Positions 21,704 through 30,610 of a stretch of DNA of 64,000 nt are shown in pieces. The stretch covers positions 9,893 to 73,892 of the forward strand of contig JAUZRK010000013.1 in assembly GCA_030950485.1 (NCBI GenBank). Reading direction: 5' to 3'. The stretch comes from Candidatus Dojkabacteria bacterium (GTDB taxonomy: Bacteria > Patescibacteriota > Dojkabacteria > J137). Both the position numbers and the translations under genes were made by a program. Below the pieces are notes generated by a model. The model was not told the DNA's origin, did not search any database, and was given only the letters and a program-made list of their open reading frames with translations. Numbering within the stretch: the first letter of the stretch is position 1; the number at the start of each line of letters is the position of its first letter.

Positions 21704-21738
21704 AAGTAAGTAATAAGTAATAAGTAATAAGTAATAAG
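21704..21738. repeat. ~4.5 tandem copies of 7-bp unit TAATAAG (gene-sense CTTATTA/TTACTTA)
   Basis: Direct reading; 37-70 nt upstream of FemAB start at 21667. Confidence 0.8.
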
Positions 21739-21809
21739 TCAAAAGTTAAAGCTCAGAAGTCAAACTCCAAAATAGGAACAGGGTTACACACCCAAAGCAG
21801 GAGTTAGGT

Positions 21810-21870
21810 TTTGGAACCTATGCAGGAGCAGGGATATAATTCATGCAGGAGCAGGGTTGTACCCTGGTCC
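21810..21870. repeat. tandem ATGCAGGAGCAGGG motif x2, second followed by palindrome CAGGGTTGTACCCTG
   Basis: GC-rich in AT-rich context; same GGAGCAGGG core at 23475 and 41842. Confidence 0.6.
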
Positions 21871-21961
21871 TCATGATTCAACAGAAGTTATTGATAAACA
21901 TAGAAAAAAAAGGGAGCAGCACATTTTGCTACTCCCTAAATATTATTTTATAAACTTAACT

Positions 21962-23113
21962 CTAAGTATCTCTTCTCATTGGCATTATTAAATGCACAAA
22001 ATGAGGATCTGATTTATCTTTATAAACTGAAGCAGCAAGTGGACCCTTTGACTCAAACACTATATCCTGTCCTTTTATATGATTTACTAAATCACCTAAG
22101 TATCTAAGAGTAAATGCTGTATTTAAATCACTCTCTCCGTCTGCTGAAGAAATTAAGAACTCTGTCTTACCTTCTCCGACTTCTGCAACTGTAGAGGTTA
22201 GGGTTACTTTAGAGTTTTCAATATCAAAATCAAATAGTGTTCTATTTCCTAAATTTCCTTTAGCAAAAGAATTAACTACTTTAATAGCATCTTCAAAATC
22301 AGACTTTTTTACTTCAAAAGTAAAGCTTGATGAATCAGGCATAATTCTTCTATAGTCAGGATAAGGTCCTTCTAATAATCTAATACTAAATTCTATATCA
22401 TCGAATTTAAAAATGATTTGCGATCCGCTTTCACTTAAAAATACTTCTAATTCATCTACATCACTATAATCTGAAAGAATTTTTGATAATTCAGATAAAT
22501 ATCTAGCAGGAACAATTACTTCTTCCTTTGTAATATTTTTTGAAAGATCAGTTACCTTAGACTCTCTCTTTGATAATCTAAAACCATCTAACCCAATAAA
22601 ACTTATCTTATCCACATTTTCTGAACTAATATCGAATAGTACTCCAGATTGTTGGATTCTTCCAGCTGAAAGATCAGTAGAACAAGAGAATAGTACTTTA
22701 TCCATACTTTCGATAAACTCCTTTCTATCAATTTTAAAAATAGGTTCACCAATTAACTTTGGAAGTACTGGAAACTCTGCTGCACTCATTACTGCAAAAG
22801 AAGCATTTGATCTACTTGTCTTAACAATTAGATTATTATCTTCAAGTGAAAGTTCTACATTTTCTGAATTAATTGCAGAAACAAAGTCTGAAATATATTT
22901 TCCATTAACTGTTGTTTTTCCAGTTACTTCTGTTGTTCCTGGTAACCATATATTAATTCCCATATCTAGATTAGTTGCTGCTAATCTAATAGAGTCTTTT
23001 GTTGTTTCAAGAAGTACATTAGCCAATATAGGGATATTAGGTTTTGTATTTATTGCTTTACTTGTATAAATTAATGCTTTTGAGAAGCTCGTATGTCTTA
23101 ATTTGATTTTCAT
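21962..23113 (-). CDS. dnaN: DNA polymerase III beta sliding clamp
   Basis: MKIKL...LIYTSKAIN...IPILANVLLE...ATNLDMGI, 383 aa. Confidence 0.9.
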   Translation of the reverse strand: MKIKLRHTSFSKALIYTSKAINTKPNIPILANVLLETTKDSIRLAATNLDMGINIWLPGTTEVTGKTTVNGKYISDFVSAINSENVELSLEDNNLIVKTSRSNASFAVMSAAEFPVLPKLIGEPIFKIDRKEFIESMDKVLFSCSTDLSAGRIQQSGVLFDISSENVDKISFIGLDGFRLSKRESKVTDLSKNITKEEVIVPARYLSELSKILSDYSDVDELEVFLSESGSQIIFKFDDIEFSIRLLEGPYPDYRRIMPDSSSFTFEVKKSDFEDAIKVVNSFAKGNLGNRTLFDFDIENSKVTLTSTVAEVGEGKTEFLISSADGESDLNTAFTLRYLGDLVNHIKGQDIVFESKGPLAASVYKDKSDPHFVHLIMPMRRDT

Positions 23114-23159
23114 AAACTATATGATTATTTTTAATAGTATTAGTATTATAGTAGGGCGT

Positions 23160-23460
23160 GTATATTTGTGAATAAGTTCATCGATTAGTCTGATTATAAC
23201 AGGTTTATCGGGAATTAAAAAATGTGGGTAACCTCTGGGGATAACTTCTCCTTTATTCATGGTGATCACTAAACATAGTGTAAAGTTAATAGATTTTCTT
23301 ATGTGAATAACAATTATTTAAAGCTCTGATAACTCTAAAAACCCAAAAGCTTTATCAAAATTATATTATAAAAGTATAGTTTTACTAAGTATCTTTTAAT
23401 AAAAGTATTAGGCATTTTTAGAGGTAGTTTTTTTTATATTCATTCTATTTGGAGCTAATT
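23160..23460. promoter_or_regulatory. candidate oriC: four DnaA-box-like 9-mers (TGTGaATAA x2, TGTGGgTAA, TGgGGATAA) plus AT-rich DUE-like stretch
   Basis: Boxes at 23167, 23223, 23236, 23302, all same orientation, each 1 mismatch from TGTGGATAA; AT-rich 23340-23460; divergent-promoter gap between dnaN and the HAD gene. Confidence 0.45.
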
Positions 23461-23469
23461 CTAAAACTA

Positions 23470-23500
23470 CTTATGCGGGAGCAGGGTGCAACCCTGCTCC
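23470..23500. repeat. perfect hairpin GGAGCAGGG-tgcaa-CCCTGCTCC preceded by ATGCGGGAGCAGGG
   Basis: 9-bp stem; member of GGAGCAGGG repeat family. Confidence 0.6.
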
Positions 23501-23602
23501 TAGTATTTCTCAACCCATGAGGTCATGCTCGAAATCATTCTTGTTTAATCAATACTATCAATAGGTTATACTATTAAAGAAATAAGAATTTAAACTATAT
23601 AA

Positions 23603-24154
23603 ATGGACATAAAAACATATCTAGGATTTTGGTTAAAAGGAAATTTTTTAAGAAAAAGTATAGTTACTGATAAAGTTGAATCATTAAAAGATTTTAATAT
23701 TGAAACGATAATTGAAAATAATATAAGGCTTGCTGTTTTTGATTTTGATGATACTTTGAGTGATTTTCATGGAGAGAGCATTTCAAATGATATAGCTTCT
23801 TTTCTTAATGAGTTAGACTCAAACAGTATTAAAGTTGCTATTTATTCTAATTGTAGCGATGGAAGAAATAAGGTTCTTTTCGAAATTTTCGAAGGTAGAA
23901 ATTACTTTATCTCGAGTCAGAACGGAAAGCCTTCTCCAAATGGATATATTGAAATTCTTAATCATTATAATCTTAAACCTGAAGATGCTGCTATGTTTGG
24001 AGATAAATTAGGAACGGATATTTATGGAGCTTATCTTACAGGTTTTAAACTTAGAGTTCTCCTTAAACCTTACTCTTACATTTTTGGAGGAAATATCGCA
24101 CCATTTAAAGATAGGTTTGTAAGAAGAGTAGAGAAGTTATTTATTACACATTAA
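23603..24154 (+). CDS. HAD-superfamily phosphatase (HAD-IIIA/YqeG-like)
   Basis: Motif I FDFDDTL, motif III/IV FGDKLGTDI. Confidence 0.65.
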   Translation: MDIKTYLGFWLKGNFLRKSIVTDKVESLKDFNIETIIENNIRLAVFDFDDTLSDFHGESISNDIASFLNELDSNSIKVAIYSNCSDGRNKVLFEIFEGRNYFISSQNGKPSPNGYIEILNHYNLKPEDAAMFGDKLGTDIYGAYLTGFKLRVLLKPYSYIFGGNIAPFKDRFVRRVEKLFITH

Positions 24155-24163
24155 ATTACTATT

Positions 24164-25060
24164 ATGAGCGATGAATTTAAAGAGATGGAAACTCCAGGGG
24201 ATAACCAAGGCAGGAGCATAGAAGAAGATCAGAAAGCTGGTTTAAAAGAGAGAGATTTTCAACTAGATCCCTGGGAATCAATTGATAGAAGTGTTTTTGA
24301 AATGTTAAAACAACAGAAAATAAATATAGATTTAGGTAGAGAATTAGATAGTATACCAAGCTATCTGGATAGGGTTAAAAATCTAGGTATTGTTTCAGAT
24401 TATGAAATTTTTCGTTCAAGAAAAGGATCAGAATATACAGATTTGTTAGTCAGCCTAACTGACGCTTGTATTGAAAACGAGAGATTTGACGTTTTGAAAG
24501 ATATAAAACTAGCGATTGAGGTTAGATTTAATGAGGACAGAGCTAATCAGATATTTGAAGATATAAATCTAGAAATTTTTCCTCAGATTAGATCTAAAAT
24601 AGAAAACCTCGTTAATGCTGGTTCCTTTAGTAACGTTAACAGCTTTATTGAGAATATTAAGGAAACAAGATTATTTTTAGACAGCTCTATAAAAAGTTTA
24701 AAAGTTAATACTAAAGATTTAGTTGAAATTAAAGCTTTTGATCTCGTAGCAATAGCTATAGGATTTCAAAAAGAGAAAGAAGATAAAACAAGTTTAGGGG
24801 CTGATTTGGAAGTTTTTTATAAAATGATAGTTAAGAATCCAGATATAGTTAGTATTTTAGATGAAGTACTAATACTAGAATTAGATACTGAGTTTAAATC
24901 TCAAACCTTTAGTCTGGCTAATGAAATAATTAGGCAGGATGTAGAAGATGGGAACTATTCGCAAGCTACTCAATTATTACAAGATCTATTCAACAAGGGG
25001 CTTGTTGAGCTTAATGTCTTTAATTCCCTAAAAGCATACATTGATAGTCATCAAAAATAG
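24164..25060 (+). CDS. hypothetical protein
   Basis: 298-aa ORF. Confidence 0.45.
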   Translation: MSDEFKEMETPGDNQGRSIEEDQKAGLKERDFQLDPWESIDRSVFEMLKQQKINIDLGRELDSIPSYLDRVKNLGIVSDYEIFRSRKGSEYTDLLVSLTDACIENERFDVLKDIKLAIEVRFNEDRANQIFEDINLEIFPQIRSKIENLVNAGSFSNVNSFIENIKETRLFLDSSIKSLKVNTKDLVEIKAFDLVAIAIGFQKEKEDKTSLGADLEVFYKMIVKNPDIVSILDEVLILELDTEFKSQTFSLANEIIRQDVEDGNYSQATQLLQDLFNKGLVELNVFNSLKAYIDSHQK

Positions 25061-25386
25061 ATTATTGAGGAAGCCTAAATTAGTATTAATAAGACGAACT
25101 TAGATATCTTTATTTATTGGTCAGTAAAATACTCGCCTTCTGTAAAAACTGTAAATCCAGAGACGAATAGGTCATAAATCTCTGTTTACTTAGGATTCTA
25201 TATTGACAAGAATTATAATACTAGTGAAGGAGATTTCATCACTTACTATAAAATAAATTTAAATCATCAAATGTAAATTGTAACTAAATTGTACAACTTA
25301 TAAACTACTAATTATTTTTTAATTTTATTTATGATAAAGTAGAGCAGAGCTTTAAAATTAAAACTCAGATTTTCTACTTTACAAGT

Positions 25387-25405
25387 TATCCACGTGGATA
25401 TATAT
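25387..25405. promoter_or_regulatory. palindromic DnaA-box pair TTATCCACGTGGATAT upstream of dnaA
   Basis: TTATCCACG (1 mismatch to TTATCCACA) overlapping its inverse CGTGGATAt; within AT-rich 470-bp leader. Confidence 0.5.
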
Positions 25406-25531
25406 TGTGTTTAGAAAGAAAAATAACTACAAGATTAAATAATTTTTTAGATAACTTCTTAAAAAATTATATTTAATCAATAAAAATAGACTCTGTCCGA
25501 AAAAAATAATTTGAATTAATGCTGACTTAAA

Positions 25532-26935
25532 ATGAAAGTTAGAGAACCTAAACAACTATGGAAGACTGCTTTGGCGCAGATAGAAATTAAATTAGATGCA
25601 CCAGCTCAATTTAAAACCTTTTTTGCTGATACTGAACTTATTGGTATTGAAGGAAAGAAGGCTATAATTGGTGTACAAAATCCTTATACAGCAGACTGGT
25701 TAAAACAGAGACATGAAGGCTTAATAAAAGAGACTATTACGTATGTATATGGCGATAAGCTTACGCCTGAATTTAAAGTACATAATAAAAAGGGACAAGA
25801 ACCTGTGATAGACAATGAGTCAGAAGACTCTCCCTTGCTATCTGCTCAAAATGGAATAATGGGAAATGTAATAGATGTCATAAATAAATCAGGGTTAAAC
25901 ACAACCTACTCACTTTCAAACTTTATAATTGGTAATGCAAATAGAATAGCTCATGCAGCATCTTTAGCCGTAATAGATAAACCGGGTGAAGTATATAATC
26001 CATTATTTATCTATGGAAAAACAGGAGTTGGTAAAACTCACCTTGCCCAGGCTATAGGTAGAGCAGTATTAGAAAGGAATATTAGAAAAAAAGTTATCTA
26101 TACTTCATCTGAAAATTTTTTGAATGAAATGGTAAAAGGTTTGAAAACTGCTTCAATGGAGAAATTTAGAGCAAAATATAGACAGGTTGATATTCTAATA
26201 ATTGATGATATGCAGTTAATTTCAAAATGGGTGCAAACTCAAGATGAGTTTTTTAATACTTTTAATCAACTTCATATTGGAGGTAGCCAGGTAATAATGA
26301 TTGCAGATAGAAAACCAGAAGACATTAAAAACCTTGAAAGTAGATTAAGGTCTAGAATGCAGGGGGGAATGGTTGCAGATATATCAAAACCGGACTATGA
26401 AATGAGATTAGCAATAGTAGAAAAGAAAGCCATAACCTTTGGAATAGATTTAAACCATAAAATTTTAGAATATATTGCAAGGTCAGTTACGGACAATGTA
26501 AGAGAGTTAGAGGGAGCTTTAAAGAAAATATCTTTATTTAATCAAATGAAACCTAATGGAGATTTAACTTTAGAAGAGGTTTCTCATATGTTAGGTAAGG
26601 ATACTAAATCAAAGAGAGAGAAGATTAAAATACCAAAAGTTCTTAAGGAAGTTTCTAAATCATTTGGAGTAAAGGTAGCTGATTTAAAAGGTCCAAGAAG
26701 AACGAAAGAAGTAGCTCTTGCCAGACAAGTAGCTATGTATATTCTAAGAGAGGAGTTTGATTATAAACTTGAAGAAGTAGCACATACTCTAAATAGAAAA
26801 GATCATACTACAGTAATTCACGCGATAGATAAGATTCAAAGTAAGATGATGTTGCAAGAAGAGTTTAATATGCAGGTTGGAAATGTTATTACTTCTATTA
26901 ATGATAGTGCCGTAGTTACTGATGATATTGATTAG
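25532..26935 (+). CDS. dnaA: chromosomal replication initiator DnaA
   Basis: Walker A GKTGVGKTHL, IIDDMQ, sensor/arginine-finger region, C-terminal DNA-binding helix RQVAMYILRE. Confidence 0.95.
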   Translation: MKVREPKQLWKTALAQIEIKLDAPAQFKTFFADTELIGIEGKKAIIGVQNPYTADWLKQRHEGLIKETITYVYGDKLTPEFKVHNKKGQEPVIDNESEDSPLLSAQNGIMGNVIDVINKSGLNTTYSLSNFIIGNANRIAHAASLAVIDKPGEVYNPLFIYGKTGVGKTHLAQAIGRAVLERNIRKKVIYTSSENFLNEMVKGLKTASMEKFRAKYRQVDILIIDDMQLISKWVQTQDEFFNTFNQLHIGGSQVIMIADRKPEDIKNLESRLRSRMQGGMVADISKPDYEMRLAIVEKKAITFGIDLNHKILEYIARSVTDNVRELEGALKKISLFNQMKPNGDLTLEEVSHMLGKDTKSKREKIKIPKVLKEVSKSFGVKVADLKGPRRTKEVALARQVAMYILREEFDYKLEEVAHTLNRKDHTTVIHAIDKIQSKMMLQEEFNMQVGNVITSINDSAVVTDDID

Positions 26936-26977
26936 AATAGTTTGAAGCTATTAGTAAATAGTATAGAGGAGCAGAAA

Positions 26978-27364
26978 TTAAAATTTATCTTTCCAAGTTT
27001 GTTTTTTGCATAAGTCATCTAGGATGTAAAAAAGTGCATCATAAATATAAGCTACACCATGATCTGAAGTATTTAGTTTTTGATAAGTAAAGAATTTATT
27101 TATGTGATCATAGCTTAAGCTCGGAGAGAAGTTAATAAATTCATCAACAAGTTGTTCTAATTGGCAAACAATTTCTAATTCAAAATCTTCTATCATCCTT
27201 TCATTTAGGTAGTTTTTATATGCATTCTGAGATAATTTCGAAAGCATTTCTCTAAATTTGGAATCATGAAATCTATCCTCAAATTCATCATATTCCTCTT
27301 TATTTTCAAATGACTCGGGAGCACTATTCTCGCCCCAATCTTCATCTTTATCTTTATCAAACAT
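26978..27364 (-). CDS. hypothetical acidic protein
   Basis: 128-aa ORF, D/E-rich. Confidence 0.4.
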   Translation of the reverse strand: MFDKDKDEDWGENSAPESFENKEEYDEFEDRFHDSKFREMLSKLSQNAYKNYLNERMIEDFELEIVCQLEQLVDEFINFSPSLSYDHINKFFTYQKLNTSDHGVAYIYDALFYILDDLCKKQTWKDKF

Positions 27365-27435
27365 AGTAATTCTTTAAAAAACTTTTGAATATAGCAAAAG
27401 ATTTATTATTTTTGTCAGTATGAGATAATTTAAAT

Positions 27436-27699
27436 ATGATCATTCTAAAAACAATAGACAATTTTTTGAAGAGTATAGGAAAGTTTTTAATTAGGCTTTA
27501 CCAACTAACTCTTTCTTTAGATCATTCACCTTTGTGGAAAAAATTTGGAGTTAGAGCATGTATTCATTATCCTTCTTGTTCTGAATATACGTACGAAGCT
27601 ATTGATAAATATGGAATTATTAAAGGAAGTTATCTAGGAGGGAAAAGAGTACTTAGATGTAATCCTTTGTCTAAGGGTGGGTATGATCCGGTACCTTAA
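27436..27699 (+). CDS. yidD: membrane protein insertion efficiency factor YidD
   Basis: [10 protein letters not shown]...[36 protein letters not shown]. Confidence 0.85.
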   Translation: MIILKTIDNFLKSIGKFLIRLYQLTLSLDHSPLWKKFGVRACIHYPSCSEYTYEAIDKYGIIKGSYLGGKRVLRCNPLSKGGYDPVP

Positions 27700-27904
27700 A
27701 AGAATTAAGAAAATTCATATCCTACTAACTAAAAGTTCTATTCTGCCTTATCTGCGTAGATCAGTTCAATCTGTAAAGTCTGTGTGCTATTGCTGAGAGC
27801 GAAGTGTTGGTTTATAAAGGAAAAGTAACCTTACTTTAATTTTATATATCTCTTTTTATCTTTGTCATTTGCCTTTTAATTTTTGACTTTTTATCCGGTG
27901 CTAC

Positions 27905-27998
27905 CCCTGAATCACGCTCCGCTGTTCAGGGATTTTTGTGGAGAAATTTTAACATTCCTGTCCCTCTCCGCCCTTCGGGCACCTCTCCCAGGAGAGGG
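27905..27998 (+). ncRNA. GC-rich structured element: hairpin CCCTGAA-N13-TTCAGGG + U-run, then nested stem CCCTCTCC[GCCC-UUCG-GGGC]...GGAGAGGG
   Basis: Complementarity read directly; UUCG tetraloop; strongly GC-rich relative to flanks; identity unknown (terminator and/or leader RNA). Confidence 0.3.
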
Positions 27999-28030
27999 AA
28001 ATACTTGACTAACTTTCATCTAGATTTAAA

Positions 28031-28120
28031 CTCTTCTTACTTCTTACTTCTTACTTCTTACTTCTTACTTCTTACTTCTTACTTCTTACTTCTTACTTCT
28101 TACTTCTTACTTCTTACTTG
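28031..28120. repeat. 12 tandem copies of 7-bp unit TTACTTC (last TTACTTG)
   Basis: Direct count; 67 nt upstream of start of 28187 gene. Confidence 0.9.
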
Positions 28121-28186
28121 TTTCTGTAACCCTTGCTGTCTAACTAGTAAATGATTATATTTATATATACCTTTTAATAATTTACT

Positions 28187-30526
28187 ATGTCGAGTCTCAA
28201 AGAATTATTCCTTAAGCGAAATCCATTAAGCATAATGCTCATATTAATTTTAATAATATCTATTCTTCTAGGAGGAATTGCTATCTATAATACAATTCCA
28301 GAAAAAGAAAAAAGCCCGGGATTTAATACTTTTTCTAGTTGTAGAGATATTGAAAAATATATAGCAGAAAATACTAATAATGACTATTGGTATGGCGGTG
28401 TTCCAACACCATTCCCTATGATGGAGGGAGATGGATCATTAATGAGAGACTTTGATGAGGCAGTAGATGTTACAACAACAAATTCAGCTGGAGGAGAATC
28501 TAACGATAAGAATTTCTCAGAAACAAATATTCAGGTAGCTGGAGTTGATGAGGCTGACATTATTAAAACAGACGGGGATTATATATATGTAATTTTTGGT
28601 GAAGAGGGATATATTTATCAGATTTCTGAAAATGGTATAGAGGAAGAAATTGCAAATTTTGAAGTTCCTGGGGATCCATTTGAAATGTATTTAGATTCTG
28701 ACAAGTTAGTTATTTTAGCAAGAGAGAGTTATGCATTTAGCGGATACTGGACTTTAGACAATAGTGAGAGCGGAGTATTTATATATGATATTTTTAACAA
28801 ATCTAATCCAAAATTAGAAAGAGAAGTAAAGATAGAAGGTGATTATATTACTTCTAGAAAGGTAGACGATACAGTTTATTTTGTTACTAATAAATATCTG
28901 TATGATTTTAGAGAAGGTTCAAGTATTGAGAGAGCTATTACAGAGTTTAGCGACAGTAAAGTTAGCGATGAGTATTATAAAATAGCTGAGTGTGATGAAA
29001 TTAGTCATTATGGTACTAATGTAAATTCATTATTGAATGTAACTTCAATTCCGTTAGATATAGAAAGTAAAGTTAATAACAAATTAATTCTTGGTGACTC
29101 TTCAAATGTATATATGTCTAAAGATAATCTATATCTAGCGACAGTAACTTATGAATATGAGGAATGTGAAGGGAATTCAAGAGGAAGCAGAGCGGTTAAT
29201 AACAGTACTATGATGTATGATCCTGAGATTATTAAACCCGAATATGATTATTGTTATCCAGAGCTTAAGGATATAAATACTGAAGTTTATAGATTAGCAG
29301 TCGATGGAACAGATATTGATTTTAAATCATCTGGAAAAATTAATGGTACATTACTAAATCAATTCTCAATGGATGAATATGAAGAGAACTTTAGAGTAGT
29401 AACAACAGTAAATGACTATAGCGGATGGAATAGTGATTCTTATAATAATCTTTATATTTTAAATTCAGATTTAGATGTAATCGGTGAGATTGAAGGATTA
29501 GCAGAGGGAGAGCAGATTTACTCTGCAAGATTTATGGGGGATAGAGCATACATGGTTACTTTTGAAACTGTAGATCCGCTATTTGTATTAGATCTTTCAG
29601 ATGCTGAAAACCCTAAAGTAGAAGGAGAACTAAAAATTCCTGGATATTCAGATTATTTACATCCATATGATGAAAACCACATAATAGGAGTTGGAATGGA
29701 TACAGCTGTAAATGAATGGAACTCTGCAGTTAACCAAGGTATTAAAGTTGCGCTGTTTGATATTACTGATGTTGAGAACCCAATAGTAAATAGTGAAGTA
29801 GTAGTTGGTGGAAGAGGTTCATATACTGCAGTGAGCGATTCACATAAGGCATTCCTATTTGATAAAGAAAAAGAGCTAATGGTAATACCTACAGATATAA
29901 ATGAAGTTGAGAAAGATATTGAAGTTCCTACAGAAGAAGAAATTTACTCTGATTTAGAATCTCTTCAATTGGAAACATTCAATAATATTAATGTTGAATA
30001 CAGTGATTACGAAATAAGAATCTCGAGTAAGATTTCTAATAAAGATGATGCTGTAAAAATTGAGAATCTATTGAAAAATACTTATGGGCTTGAAGAAGTC
30101 TACATAGAAGATCAAAACTTTTATTATGAAAATTTTAAAACGGAAGAAGATATTACATTTGAGGACAGTGAACCAATGGATGTGCCGTCTTCTGAGCTAA
30201 AATTAATTGCACCTGCACCAGAACCGTTACCGCCAGTTGAATCTACTGGTTATAGTGTAGTTGCGTACATTAATAATGACCCATTTAGATATGGACAGAG
30301 AGTCTTTAGCGGATTTACTGTTTTCAATATTAATCTAAAAGATGGAATCGTTGAGAAGGGTAGAATTGGAGATGATGTTAAGCCATATGATAGCTACTAC
30401 TATAGTGGTTATGATGCGAGGTCTTTATATGTTGATAATTTACTATATACATTTATAAACGGTAAATTAAGAGCTAATAATATAAATGACTTAACGCTTC
30501 TAGAGGAAGTAAGATTAGCAAAATAA
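28187..30526 (+). CDS. secreted/membrane-anchored beta-propeller-domain protein (PF09826-like)
   Basis: N-terminal TM/signal; FMGDRAYMVTFETVDPLFVLDLSDAENP block characteristic of the Beta_propel family. Confidence 0.55.
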   Translation: MSSLKELFLKRNPLSIMLILILIISILLGGIAIYNTIPEKEKSPGFNTFSSCRDIEKYIAENTNNDYWYGGVPTPFPMMEGDGSLMRDFDEAVDVTTTNSAGGESNDKNFSETNIQVAGVDEADIIKTDGDYIYVIFGEEGYIYQISENGIEEEIANFEVPGDPFEMYLDSDKLVILARESYAFSGYWTLDNSESGVFIYDIFNKSNPKLEREVKIEGDYITSRKVDDTVYFVTNKYLYDFREGSSIERAITEFSDSKVSDEYYKIAECDEISHYGTNVNSLLNVTSIPLDIESKVNNKLILGDSSNVYMSKDNLYLATVTYEYEECEGNSRGSRAVNNSTMMYDPEIIKPEYDYCYPELKDINTEVYRLAVDGTDIDFKSSGKINGTLLNQFSMDEYEENFRVVTTVNDYSGWNSDSYNNLYILNSDLDVIGEIEGLAEGEQIYSARFMGDRAYMVTFETVDPLFVLDLSDAENPKVEGELKIPGYSDYLHPYDENHIIGVGMDTAVNEWNSAVNQGIKVALFDITDVENPIVNSEVVVGGRGSYTAVSDSHKAFLFDKEKELMVIPTDINEVEKDIEVPTEEEIYSDLESLQLETFNNINVEYSDYEIRISSKISNKDDAVKIENLLKNTYGLEEVYIEDQNFYYENFKTEEDITFEDSEPMDVPSSELKLIAPAPEPLPPVESTGYSVVAYINNDPFRYGQRVFSGFTVFNINLKDGIVEKGRIGDDVKPYDSYYYSGYDARSLYVDNLLYTFINGKLRANNINDLTLLEEVRLAK

Positions 30527-30610
30527 GGTAATTAGAGTGAGATTTAGAAGCATCCAGTAAACACTGGATGCTTCTTTGTTATAATAGAATATAAATTAAA
30601 TGTTGAATAA

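Noticed and set aside
25204-25222. TTGACA ... TATAAT as the dnaA promoter
   Set aside because: The spacing between the hexamers is only about 5 nt, which is incompatible with a sigma-70 promoter.
27936-28154. 72-aa ORF LLTSYFLLLTSYF...
   Set aside because: It is just the translation of the 12x TTACTTC heptamer array and is not a gene.
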